Program-made: the position numbers and the translations under genes
Part shown: one piece after another, positions 1 to 11,545 of the stretch
Layout of the letters: each line of letters opens with the position of its first letter
Position numbering within the stretch: position 1 is the stretch's first letter
Notes under the pieces: generated by a model
Told to the model about the DNA's origin: nothing
Databases searched by the model: none
Seen by the model: the letters and a program-made list of their open reading frames with translations, nothing else
From: Octopus bimaculoides
Taxonomy: Eukaryota
NCBI RefSeq assembly: GCF_001194135.2
Contig: NC_068988.1
Span: 80,886,751 to 80,924,704, forward strand
Direction of reading: 5' to 3'
Length of the DNA: 37,954 nucleotides

Positions 1-345
1 GTTCAGCTTTTCTCTCAAGATACTTACACTCTGACGGGTATTCACATTGACATTACACATCCAACGGAGCATACTGGCTTCATTCCTTGCGAGCTTACGT
101 ATGTCCTCAGCAGTTACAGCCCATGTTTCACTGCCATGTAGCATGGTTGTTCGTACGCATGCGTCATACAGTCTGCCTTTTACTCTGAGTGAGAGTCCCT
201 TTGTCGCCAGCAGGGGTAAGAGCTCTCTAAACTTTGCCCAGGCTATTCTTATTCTAGCAGCTACACTTTCAGCGCACCCACCCCCACTACTAACTTGGTC
301 GCCCAGATAGCGGAAGCTATCGACTACCTCTAGTTTTTCACCCTT
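1..345 (-). mobile_element. RTE-type non-LTR retrotransposon, ORF2 fragment C-terminal to the RT core; 5'-truncated, continues off the left edge; intronic in ITM2
   Basis: Minus frame reads KGEKLEVVDSFRYLGDQVSSGGGCAESVAARIRIAWAKFRELLPLL...MLHGSETWAVTAEDIRKLARNEASMLRWMC with no stop; F.YLG, R...AW.KF and GSETW are typical RTE ORF2 motifs. Confidence 0.9.
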
Positions 346-901
346 GTAAATTAAATTAAACCTACATTTAACTTAGTAAGCAAGTCCAGTAGGTTCTTGG
401 GAGGAGCAATTACAGACTGGTTCAATTTCATAACAAAACACTTTTTAATGTCTTTGTCCACGATAGTAGTAAAGTTCTGAAAATAGAAATTAAGAAAAAA
501 GTAATTTACAATTGAAAAATCAGAACATATCTAAATTTCATTTTCAATTCAATAATTTTACTTGATATATTGTGATATAAAATTCAAGCAAAAGAGTGAA
601 TGATATTTTTTTAATTGTATTTAGAATAGGTATTAGAAACTGGCAACAGATTTTACATTTATATATTATTTCCCCTACAACTTTTTCTTTCATGCTGTAG
701 TCCTAAAAACTAAAATAAAAAAAAATAAAAACCGACCAAGTCAGAAACTAATGATGACAGTGTATTTGACTAGTGATTAAGAAATTCTTCAATCAGTCAA
801 ATTTTGAACAACTTGCTCCATCACCTAGTAAATAAAGGACAGGTTGCTAATATTTCAACTTCAAAGTATACAATGGCTAAATTACAAACACAAGTACTCA
901 C

Positions 902-1135
902 CCTTTCAAAATCATGAAAAATCACTGCATCCTTACAATCATCAAATTTGGGTATCTCAACTCTTTCAAAATAATTGTCAATTACTTCAACATTTTCTTC
1001 AAAAAATGAAATTGCACGAAGATTTGAGTCTGGGTGCCCATGAGTTCGAAGCTTGTTGGACACTGGGGAAGAATGCTTGTAATTCCTCATTACAAAATCC
1101 TGAACGTAGGTTACTCCACATCGCCCTCTGGTTAC
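902..1135 (-). CDS. ITM2: ITM2/BRI2-family integral membrane protein, coding exon 3 (linker and start of the BRICHOS region)
   Basis: 234 nt, phase 0-0; acceptor tcttttacag|GTA, donor AGG|gtgagt. Reads VTRGRCGVTYVQDF...FFEENVEVIDNYFERVEIPKFDDCKDAVIFHDFER, resembling vertebrate ITM2B CGIKY...EENIKIFEEEEVEFISVPVPEFADSDPANIVHDF. Confidence 0.92.
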
Positions 1136-1430
1136 CTGTAAAAGATACAGATTTAAATTATTAACACATTCCATTTTCTTTACACTAAAGACAAATTTAG
1201 CTGTAACTGTTTAAAATGAAACAAAAGAAAACCATTTCTAAATAAATAACATGTTCTCAAAGAAGCTAATAGTAAAAACAAGTTTTTCACCAGAGATTGT
1301 AATTTTCTATCAGACAAATATATCTTTATGTAATTTTCATTAAATAATTTAATTCCTATGCAAGCTTGTAATATTGTATTTCATGTTTTATTCAGAAAAT
1401 GTTACTCAAGTTTTTCCCTATCTCATCAAC

Positions 1431-1700
1431 AGTGTGGCCTAATGGTTAGAGTGTTGCACTCATAATCTTACAATTGTGGTTTTAATTCTGAGACCAGGTG
1501 GTGCATGTGTTCATGAGCAAAAACTTCATTTCATGTTGCTCCTATCCACTCAGCTATGAGTTCCAGCAATGGCTAGGAAGTTAGCCCTGCAAAGGACTGG
1601 CATCTTGTTCAGGTGAAGGGGTCATGTATTGTCAGTTACTTATACACTATGGAAACCAGGTTACGGTCAGGCTTCATGAGTCCTAAATCATCAGATTAAG
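1431..1700 (+). mobile_element. Decayed tRNA-derived SINE (family A)
   Basis: Starts with A-box-like gtggcctaatggttagag; homologous to the copy at 32440 and to the head of the 9589-9960 copy. Confidence 0.65.
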
Positions 1701-2379
1701 GAGACAGTCATGCTGTAAACATTATCTGGCAAGCAACATTGCACCTTTATAAATGCATTTTTGTTTTCATCAGTCACATTACACTGTGCAACAAAATTTT
1801 CATTTTTTTGTTTTTGTCTTTGGTCATTGTTATTTCCTATCAACTTCTATCTAGAAATCAAAGGAAATGACTACTATTCTCTTCAAACTTTGCTTTTGTG
1901 ACCTGGACATCAATGTTTTGAAACTGATCTGTTTCCCATTACATTTCAGAAAGATTCAGCATTGAGTTGCTAAAACCAAAATATTGTTATAGCAAATATT
2001 CTGCTCAATACCACAGATTTGCTTGTCAATTGCTTGACCATGTCTCTTAGTGACTGATAATATGTGCATCACTGAACATGAGCAGCAGCAGAGGAGGAGA
2101 ATCATAGCTATGTGTTCAGAAGAATCCTTTGAGGTTTGAATAAATGTAACAGAAGAAAGTTTAAAGGAAATATTGGCCTTTTTCTTACTTTCTAGGGGTA
2201 AGCAAATAGCAGTTGCTACCCAAGGGCAAAAATCGTGTTACACAGTGTTATATTTTGAAATACTTTCAATTTCTTTTTAGTTTTAGAGAAAATTTTTTCT
2301 GTACTATAACAGTAGTTTTCATCAAACTTATACATTTAGAAATTTCATTGCAAAAGATAAGTAAAACATTTTTATTTAC

Positions 2380-2556
2380 CTTCTGTCTCAGGCGTGTATA
2401 CAAGTAAATTCCACCTATAACACCAGCAGAAAGAACCAATAAAGAGAAGAAAAGCAAACTGAGATTCACACATGTCTTCGATCTCTTTGGAATGAATGTC
2501 ACATGGATTGCTTTAGCAGCCTTTGAAGAGTCAGCATCTTTATCTTTGTCGCCAGT
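2380..2556 (-). CDS. ITM2: ITM2/BRI2-family protein, coding exon 2 (cytoplasmic tail and signal-anchor transmembrane helix)
   Basis: 177 nt, phase 0-0; acceptor tttttcttctccacttctcag|ACT, donor AAG|gtaaat. Reads TGDKDKDADSSKAAKAIHVTFIPKRSKTCVNLSLLFFSLLVLSAGVIGGIYLYTRLRQK: basic stretch, hydrophobic TM segment, GGIYLY motif. Confidence 0.92.
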
Positions 2557-3071
2557 CTGAGAAGTGGAGAAGAAAAATATTTTTAGAAAATAAATAACCC
2601 TTCTTCAGACAATAAACATTCAACAACTTGCTATAACAATATTAAAAATTAAATAAATAGAATTGCTTGTTAAAATAACAAAAACAAAAAGAATAATGTA
2701 ACAAAAATGTGTTGCTTAGACACAAGCATTTCCCTTTTCTTAGAAAAGGCTTAGAGCCCATTGACATATGCATCGAGTGGTTCAATTAGAAACTTGACAA
2801 AAAAAAAAAAAAACATACAGAATGAAGTTAGTTTTAATGCTTGTAATTCAGGAAAATCTTCAGCCTCTAGTTCAGTACACTTATTACTTACCAGCTTATT
2901 TCTTTTCCAAGGAAGGATACATCTACAATATGGAGACATTTCTACAGAACAGTTTTTAATGCCTGCAATATCCCTGGATACAGGATATTGTATCTTTTCT
3001 TAAATGATCACATTTTTATGAGATGCTTCCTAATTCATCTTTGACAATAGTCTTTCACTCTATTTTAACTC

Positions 3072-3193
3072 CTGCATTTGATTTTGCAGACGTGTATGCT
3101 TGTCAAGAGCAGGGCTCGTTAACCACTGTTCCTGAAGGCCAGCAACGGTCTTCCTCGATCACAAGTGAGCGGCCATCATGTATAAGTATATAT

Positions 3194-3242
<49 letters not shown>

Positions 3243-3440
3243 TACACACATATACATGCATATACACATACACACACACACATATATATATATATATGAT
3301 GATGGCCGTCCACTCGTGACTGAGGAAGACCATTGCCGACCTGCAGGAACATTGTGCGCTCTAGGACTAACTTATATTTTGCATTTGCGGCTCCGTTGGT
3401 GGCTAATGAGCCCTGCTCTTGACAAGCATACACGACTGCA
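3072..3440. repeat. Imperfect inverted repeat: two LINE 3' UTR copies tail-to-tail around a TA/CA microsatellite
   Basis: 3091-3180 is the reverse complement of 3298-3433 apart from an ~60 bp indel (gtgtatgcttgtcaagagcagggctc / gagccctgctcttgacaagcatacac). Confidence 0.9.
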
Positions 3441-3950
3441 AACATTGCAGACCCAGCTTCCCCCATTCACTACATGAGCTGTGCGCTTTCACGCTACTCA
3501 CTTAAGTTCTTCACGCTGAATACGTGCTCTCTCAAAAGTGTCGATCCCCTCCTTAACCTGCTTCCTCCATCTGTGGCGATGACAGGCATTGTTCTCCCAG
3601 TCAGTGTCCTGCATATCACAGGCCTTTAATAAGGACTTGACACAGTCCTTAAATCGCAGCCTTAGTTTCTGCAAGAGTCTCCTTCCATTCACAAGTTCTC
3701 TATATAGCATCTGCTTAGGGATCCTGCTATCCTTCATTCTAATAAGGTGTCCAATCCAACGTAGCAATGGTGCTTGTGCACCATTGCCTCAATACTCATG
3801 ATATCAGCTGTCCTCAGGACCTGTGTGTTTGGAATTTTTGAGGTCCAGCCAACATTGAGAATGTGTCTGAGACATCTCTGATGAAAACGTTCAAGGACTC
3901 TTACCTGACGTTTGTAAAGAGTTCATGTCTCACATGAGTAGAGGAGCAAT
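3298..3950 (-). mobile_element. RTE (BovB-like) LINE 3' fragment: ORF2 C-terminus, 3' UTR and short (CAT)n tail
   Basis: Minus frames read [32 protein letters not shown], then LRWIGHLIRMKDSRIPKQMLYREL...RLRFKDCVK; one stop and one frameshift. Confidence 0.9.
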
Positions 3951-4099
3951 ACATATACATACACACATATATATATATACATACACACAGATATACATAT
4001 ATATATATACACACACATATATATATACATATACACACACATATATATATACATATACACACATATATATATATATATATATACACACATAAATACATA

Positions 4100-4137
<38 letters not shown>

Positions 4138-4294
4138 CATAAATACATATACATACATATATATATATATATATAAATATATATACATTATATATAAATA
4201 TATGTATGTGTATATATAAATATACATACCTATACACATACATATATATGTATACATATACACACACACATATATATACACACATACATATACA
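3951..4294. repeat. Compound (TA)n/(CA)n/(TACA)n microsatellite
   Basis: Seen directly. Confidence 0.98.
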
Positions 4295-5491
4295 CAGGGT
4301 GCATATGGTATTTGAGGACATACCTTTTATGGGTCATTGCTGCATTTTTTGCTAACTCTGTTTAATCTTTGTTTCAGAAAATAATAATCGCAGCCCCTCA
4401 GCTTACTCAGGAAAGGAAGAGACATGCCGTTATTGTGGTTATAAAGGCTGAGAATAACAATTTAGAAATATCTTCATTTCTAAAAGTTGGCAGATCTTTC
4501 GTCTACAAAGATGGAAATATATCAAAGCATAAAAAACATTCTAAACACTCTGAAATCTTCAGAACACCTGAATTTATCCAACAAGTTCAACAGACCATTG
4601 ATTACAATCCCAGAAAGTCCATGAGGTCAATTGCAAGCTGGTTTCCATGTGCCAGAAGGAACAGTCAGAAATGTCCACAAAGACATCAGATATGTCTTAT
4701 ATGATGAGGAAAGGTCAATTTGTCAGAAAAAGAAAAAGAAAATCACTACATCAGATCTAAAAGGCTCTTAAACAAACTGAAAAATCCAGCAGAAGAAGCT
4801 TCTATTTCGTTTTTCTCAAATGAGAAAAACTTCGACCAAGATCAAAAAGTTCACAGAAGAAATCACAGTTCCAAGTATTATGCATACAAAATTTCCTGCA
4901 ACTGTCATGGTTTTAGGGGTCGTCAGCAATGAAGGACATGTGATGCCTCCTTACTTCTTTCCACAAGGTTTTAGAGTTAACTCTGCTGTCTACATTGAAG
5001 TCCTGGAAATAATTGTTAAGCCCTGGATAGACAGTATATGCAAGAGCATATATATTTCAGTAAGACTCTTTACTATCACACATGGCTCTAGTAACATAGG
5101 AATGGATGGCTGAAAATTTTCATGATCACATAAACCCTAACATTTGGCCTCCTAATTCCCCAGATCTCAATCCTTTGGACTATTACATGTGGAATATTGT
5201 TGAGAGAGAGGTCAATGAACATGGCCAAAACACCAAAGATTCTTTGGAAGCTGCTATAGTCGGAGTAATGTCCAAAATGAACCAGGACCACTTGATTTGA
5301 GCTTGTAGATGATTTAGATCTCATATAGAAGCAGTTGTTGAAGCTGAAGGTGGCTTTATTGAATAACATTATAGAAAAGAAGGTTTATTTTTATTCTCAT
5401 CACATTTTTTTTAATAAATAAATTTATTATCTGTTATTATACATGTTTTTTTATAAACATAAGTTTGTCCTCAAATAACTTACGCACCTTG
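4295..5491 (+). mobile_element. Tc1/mariner-superfamily transposon, maT (DD37D-like), near full length, transposase disrupted
   Basis: TIRs cagggtgcatatggtatttgaggaca and tgtcctcaaataacttacgcaccttg followed by TA. Motifs FFSNEKNFDQDQ, TKFPATVMVLGVVS, WPPNSPDLNPLDYYMW are split across frames. Confidence 0.9.
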
Positions 5492-5495
5492 TAAA

Positions 5496-5666
5496 CATAT
5501 ATACATTCACATATATACACATATATATATATATATATACATACACAAACATATGGCAAATGAAAGACAGAAGATGGAATATACATACATATATATATAT
5601 ATGTGTACACACACATATATACACATGCATATATATATATATATACATACAAACACACATACACAT
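5496..5666. repeat. TA/CA microsatellite tract
   Basis: Seen directly. Confidence 0.95.
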
Positions 5667-5929
5667 AGTGAAACTATTTATAACTTACTCTGCTGAAGAA
5701 TAAAATTATGAAGTTCTATTAATAATAATAAAAAAAGGTATGTTTACTTAAATATCCTAGCAGGTATAAATAGTTACACAGAACTGTAACAGTTCCCATC
5801 TGAAGACTGCAGAAGCATGAGACTAAACTCACAAAATAACCACTAAATTTAAATAGACCATAAACTCTACAACACCTCCCTCATTTGTTTGAAACAGTTG
5901 TGTGTGTGTATGTATATATATATATATAT

Positions 5930-7381
5930 ACAACTATAAAAGTGAGTTTGTATGTATGAGTGTGTGTATGCTCCTTATTCATTCCAAAACCAAGGTGCCG
6001 ATTTTGAAGTATGGGGTATCAAAAGATTCAGTACTATTTCAGCTACCAATCAAACTTTATTTTAATTGACATATTTGCATTACAAAAATTTTAAATTATA
6101 ATCTTTTCCTTAAGTCATCTATTGTAAACATTTTAGATGACATCACATTTTCTATGGGAGCGTGTACTTTAAAAGGTATCCATCATCACAACACACGTCT
6201 TTCACTTTCTCATCTCCTTCACTTCTGCTCTCTCTCCTCTTTCAATTTCTGCTCTCTTCAAAGAATAAAGAAATAAATTTGTTACAGAATGACCAAGAGA
6301 AATGCAGAATAAGAAAAAGACAGAGACAAGAGAAAGAAACAGACAAAAAACAGGTTTCTATAGGAGAAGTTGAAAGATGGAGAGCAAATGAGAGACAGAC
6401 ACTGATGTTCCATAGTTGAAAGTGAAAAAAGACGGCACAAAGAGCGAGGGAAAGAGGGAGAGAAGGGGACACTGATAACCCCAGAACTGGAAGTTTCAGG
6501 CCATTTTCACTTTCGTTCCATGTTTCACGTATGCGTAGAATTAGGCATCATCTCTCTCTTTCAATTTCTGATTATAATGTACAGAGAACTCATGCTGTCA
6601 ACAAGTCACAACTTCCACTAATTAATTGGAATTAAGGTACGCAAAAATAACTTCCTTTGGCGCACACACACACAGTTAGTCCCCACTCTCTTATCTCTTT
6701 CCTCAATTTACTCACATTCCTGTTTTCCGAACAGGACATTTGCATTTCGCCCCAAAGTGGGTAACTGATAGGTGGCTGAGGTGGGGGAAGGGGCATCCAG
6801 CATTTCTTTCAGAAAAATTAAACTTTCAAAAACAAATTATATTTCTTATATTCATAATCTCTCTTTTTCCACGTGGATAACAAAATCCAAAAAACAGTTA
6901 AAAATTAAGAAATTTCGGTGGGGAGGGGGAAATTATAATTTTGAAAACGTGATTTCTGCACAAAATCATATTAAGCCATTTGGTGGATGAGTTACTACCC
7001 CCACAACTGATCCTTCCGATTCTTTGATTCCTTTGTTTTCGATGACAGATATTTCGAATATGCAAAAAAACACATTTTCAAACTTTTTAATTCCTCTCCA
7101 CACCCAAGTTTTAAATTTTTAACATTTTTTTCGAAATATTTTTTTAATCTATGTGGAAAAGTATGGAGATTAAGAATATGGGGGGAAAAATACAAATTCT
7201 AATTTCAAATTTTTTATGAAAAACTCCAAAGTTGATCCACACCCCATCCCGCTGTCTAAAAGTGAAAATGAATGGCTGTTTGATCCGTTTCTGCATGCAT
7301 AGATTTATAGTGAAAGAGCAAAAGGACCACGGCATGTGAAGCCCTCACCATGAAACTCGATATGCTAAAAATAACAGCTAA
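5930..7381 (+). mobile_element. Possible non-autonomous Helitron-like/HINE-like element containing an internal imperfect inverted repeat
   Basis: Starts tata..aaaagtgagtttgtatgtatg after a TA tract; ends ..aacagctaa (resembles a CAGCTAG end); inverted similarity 6815-6962 vs 7060-7215. Boundaries uncertain. Confidence 0.35.
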
Positions 7382-7389
7382 ATGTCTGG

Positions 7390-7690
7390 ACTTGGTCACC
7401 TAGGTAATGGAAGCTATCAACTACTTCTAGTTTTTCTCTGCACATTTTCAGTGTTTATTGCTCCTGAGCATCTGCCACATACAAAAACTATCTTCCCAGT
7501 TAACCTTCCTCTGACATTGCTGCACCTCTTACATGTCCATAGCTTACACTGGGTACATCTTATGGAGTTTCTACCTACACCTTTTCTACAGATCAAGCAG
7601 GGCCATCTACCTGAAGGGATTTGTGGTTTGTCTGCCTTCCTTGACTCTAAGGCCCTTCGATTCTAATCCTTGCTTCCACACCTGAAACTT
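7390..7690 (-). mobile_element. RTE LINE RT fragment with Cys-rich insert (same family as 1-345)
   Basis: Reads KFQVWKQGLESKGLRV, then after a frameshift WPCLICRKGVGRNSIRCTQCKLW, then a segment homologous to LEVVDSF.YLGDQV. Confidence 0.85.
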
Positions 7691-7776
7691 TATATATATA
7701 TATGTATATATATGTGTGTGTGTGTGTGACAGAGTGTACATATATATATACAAATGTATATATATATATATATATA

Positions 7777-8135
7777 GGTGCAAGTGTGACTGTGTGGTCA
7801 AGAAGTTCACTTGCCAACTGCATGGCTTCAGGTTCAGTCCTGAGTGGTCTGATAGAAGCTGAAAGAAACCTATTGTATACACATGTGTACATGTATAGGA
7901 GTGTGTGCATGCAAGTGCCTCTCCATCCTGACACTGCATGGCAGCAATAAATTAATGCCATTGTCACTTATATCCAACACTTCATGAAAATGCATCTGGC
8001 CACAGAGACTGAGAAATAACTTAGTAACAGTTTAGGGCTGGTGACAGAAAGGGCAATCTAGATGTAGAAAATCTGCCTCAACAAACTCCCATATAACTCA
8101 TGCAAGCACATAAAAGTGAACGTAATGATGATGAT
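7777..8135 (+). mobile_element. Decayed tRNA-derived SINE (family B) with an RTE-like 3' tail
   Basis: Head homologous to 37113; 3' part gggctggtgacagaaagggcaatctagatgtagaaaatctgcc...gtgaacgtaatgatgatgat resembles the RTE 3' UTR. Confidence 0.65.
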
Positions 8136-8375
8136 AGTGAAATGTAGGTTAAAGAGCATATAACTTTCGATAATGTACTTTCTCTCATGAAATCTGCCTA
8201 AACAATAGTTAATTCTTTTCTATGTAATTAATTATAGAGAAAGCTTTTAATGTTTTTTTAATGTATATGATTAATTTTATGAGCCATAAAAATATGTTTC
8301 TGTAGAGTTGCTTCTCCAGTAAAATATACCATGTGACTTACTCCATCATGAAAAACTAAAATAGGTTTAAATTAG

Positions 8376-8560
8376 ATGACATCATGGTTAAGAAGTTTGC
8401 TTCACAATTTCACAATTCCAGGTTTGGTCCTACTGTATGGCACCTTGGGAGTCTTCTACTACAGCCTTGGCTGACTAAAGCCTCGATAGTGAATATGGTA
8501 GGTGGTAAGTGTAGGAAGCCTGTTGTCTGTCTGTATGTGTAAGCATATGCGTGTAGCCTC
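8376..8560 (+). mobile_element. SINE family B 5' fragment
   Basis: atggttaagaagtttgcttc...ccaggtttggtcctactgtatggcaccttggg, homologous to 37120-37260. Confidence 0.65.
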
Positions 8561-8562
8561 TT

Positions 8563-8876
8563 TCCCAAGCATACATTGATCTACAGAAGACCTAGACAAT
8601 CTCTAGTCAAGTGGTTACTTGGAAGACTAAAAGTTGAACAATGGTTGGTGAGAGCAGTGCAAGTTATGTATAATGATATATTCAGTAAAGTGAGTGTTGG
8701 AAACGAGTTCAACAAGAAATTTGGAGTGCAGGTAGGTGTCTACCAAGCTCAGTTATCAAACCCTCTCATCATCCTTTTAGGGCCATAACAGTGAACTTCA
8801 AGACCAGCTGCTCATGGGAGTCACTGTATATGCTGATGACTTAGTTTTGAGAGCAAAGATTATTGAAAATTTAAAG
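8563..8876 (+). mobile_element. RTE LINE RT core fragment
   Basis: Reads PRQSLVKWLLGRLKVEQWLVRAVQVMY...FGVQVGVYQ...LSNPL, then after a frameshift YADDLVL (RT catalytic motif). Confidence 0.85.
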
Positions 8877-9324
8877 CACAAAAAAAAAAAAAAAAAAAAA
8901 AATCCTGAAGTGGAATCAAAACCTAGAATTATGAAATCTCAATTCTGCTCTGACTAATCTCCTGAGACTACCTTTCCTTTCCATTACCTACTTCCATCTT
9001 ATTTTTACTTCAAATACTATTTTATCCACCTATGTATAACGTGGGCTAGCACATCTCCCACTGTCCACTCACTCTCTAACCTCCAAATGCATGTTTTCAC
9101 TTTCCCTCCCATTACCCCCTTATACTATCTCTACTCTCTCTCAACAATAAATCTGTGTAACTTTAGTAAGACCACAAGCAAACTGACCAATCCCAGTATT
9201 CAACCCACCCCATTATCAATACCAATACCACTTTATCCTTCTCCGTAATTGCTTCAAGCAGTGACAATACAGTGCTTGAGAAGGCTCTTTAATCTCAGAC
9301 AGCAAGACAACATCTTTTGTGTCT

Positions 9325-9475
9325 GTCCACACACAAACACAAAGCACCCAGTACATTCTGTAAAGTAGTTGGTGTTAGGAAGGGTATCCAGCCATAAAAA
9401 CATGCCACAAATGAGACATTGGAGCAAATCTTATTGAACCATCCTATCCATTCCAGCATGAAAAGCAGATGGAAA
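9325..9475 (+). mobile_element. RTE 3' UTR-derived repeat fragment
   Basis: aaagcacccagtacattctgtaaagtagttggtgttaggaagggtatccagcc...ccagcatgaaaagcagat matches the reverse complement of 14153-14400 and 37680-37860. Confidence 0.7.
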
Positions 9476-9588
9476 ATAACATACATACAAATGATTCTGT
9501 GTGCTAAATTTCAAATCTCTTGTCAATAGTCTTGTGACCTACCATCATCATTATTGCCTGATTAATTCACACTTTATATACCTATGTT

Positions 9589-9960
9589 GTTGTTGTTGGC
9601 ACTCCGTCGCTTACAACGTCGAGGATTCCAGTTGATCCGATCAACGGAACAGACTGCTCGTGAAATTAACGTGCAAGTGGCTGAGCACTCCACAGACACG
9701 TGTACCCTTAACATAGTTCTCAGGGAGATTCAGCGTGACAGTGTGACAAGGCTGACCCTTTGAATTACAGGCACAACAGAAACAGGAAGAAAGAGTGAGG
9801 GGAAAAACTGGTGAAAGAGTACAGCAGGGTTCGCCACCATCCCCTGCTGGAGCCTCGTGGAGCTTTAGGTGTTTTCACTCAATAAACACTCACAACGCCC
9901 AGTCTGGGAATTGAAACCACGAGTCCGCTGCCCTAACTACTGGGCTGTTGCGCCTCCACG
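9589..9960 (-). mobile_element. tRNA-derived SINE, well-preserved copy with (AAC)n tail
   Basis: Minus strand begins gtggaggcgcaacagcccagtagttagggcagcggactc (A-box) ... ggtttcaattcccag (B-box-like) and ends ggagtgccaacaacaaca. Confidence 0.85.
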
Positions 9961-10496
9961 TTTATACCTATATACAGCCACCTATCTACATTTCTCCAAT
10001 GATAAGTTCTCAACAACATCAGACGCAAATTGTTATTGGTTTCCATGAACACTAGGTGTCTCAATTAGCTGAATTCTTAACTCAATTAACTAAATATCCA
10101 TCTACCTATTTAACTGTTAAATATCATGCAGCTGGCACTCAGATTAATTTCATTTTATAGCACACTCTTACTCTACTGTAACAAATATGTATATATGTTC
10201 ACTTAGCAATTCACCTGCTAATACTTTACATTACTGGGAGGCTGTAGTTTTGCTAAAAAGCTTCAATAGAAGTAAAACATTCTCAAAGTTATCTTCTGTA
10301 TTATTGGTTTACTAATTATTTGAATAGTGTGGCTTTCTGATATTCTAAGCATTAAATATACTTTTATTTACTCACCAGATATCAGATTAATATAATTCAG
10401 TTTACAATCAGGTTTGAGTTTTCAGCCAGGAAATTTAAATGTTAATTGTACACAAAATACTACTAAATACTTTGTTCAGTTTACAGAATTTATGCA

Positions 10497-11460
10497 TTGG
10501 GTTGGCCAAAAAGTCCATTTAGTATTTGTCAACACTAATCTTCAAGCACTCAAATCAGTCTGTCCCTTGTGTATATGCATTAGTTAGACACTTGACACTT
10601 CAAAGCAGTATTTTATGTTTGAGATCAAACTGGAAATGGAGGACCAACATGAATATTATCGACACCTCATGCTTTTTTTTAATTTAAAGAAGGCAGGAAA
10701 GCAGTGGAAACCTACAGGAAGATAAGCACTGTGTACAGTAAACATGTGTGCCAGAAGTGGTCTTCAAAATTTTGATGAAGGAGTTAGTCAATATGAGCCT
10801 ATTTTATGACCAGAATGAATGCAGATATTCTGCAAACATCAAAATTGAATGAAGAAAACCATCTACACCAGCAAGGTTGATGTTTGGGTCCCACATCTGT
10901 TGAATGTGGCTAGCTCTACCCAATAGATTTCCATCTGTGAGTTGTGGCAGAAACATGGAGAAAACAATCCTTTTATTTGAAGAGAATGGTAACACAGGAC
11001 AAACAAACAAACAAAACAAGAAGACTGTCTTTAACAATGTGAAACATAAACAATCATGGGAGAAGTGTGGTGAACCACCGCACACACCCACCAATGCAGG
11101 ACTTCACCCAAAGAAGGTTGTGCTTTCAATTTGATAGGACTCATCTTCTTTCTGTGGACTGGACAAACTGGTCAGAGTGATCCACCAGAAGCATCCAGCA
11201 CTTGGTAATTAATAGCATTATCTTTCATCATGACAGTGCCAGACTGCACACTTTTTTGCAGACAGCAGAAGTTACTGGGCTTAGATGAGAAGTTTTGCTG
11301 CACCCTCTATAACTGCCCAACCTTGTGCAATTGAAAACTCATTGAATGGACAGACCTTCAATTCTGAAGAGGATGTAAAATTCACCTGGTGAAGCTTTTC
11401 ACCAGTAAAGACAGGAAATTCTTTGAGCAGGGATAATAGTTACCAGGGTAGCAAAAATTC
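10497..11460 (+). mobile_element. Mariner (DD34D-type) transposon remnant, heavily decayed
   Basis: TIR-like attgggttggccaaaaagt; fragmented motifs MEDQHEYYRHLMLF, CQKW..KF, HDSARLH, LHPLY. Confidence 0.75.
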
Positions 11461-11545
11461 ACACAAGTGCCAAGGAATGTTACTGCCTACTTATAAAGGT
11501 AGAAATTCCAGGGTTAAGTGAAATGTTTTTGTATAACACAGATAA

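Noticed and set aside
844-1164. 106-aa plus-strand ORF
   Set aside because: Antisense shadow of ITM2 exon 3; no recognisable motif.
3023-5666. Many ORFs rich in Y/I/V/C/M/T/H (e.g. 3901-4281, 3923-4321)
   Set aside because: They are translations of TA/CA microsatellites, not genes.
9900-9960. tRNA gene (also at 1431, 19791, 37113)
   Set aside because: A/B-box-like heads continue into SINE bodies; no complete cloverleaf.
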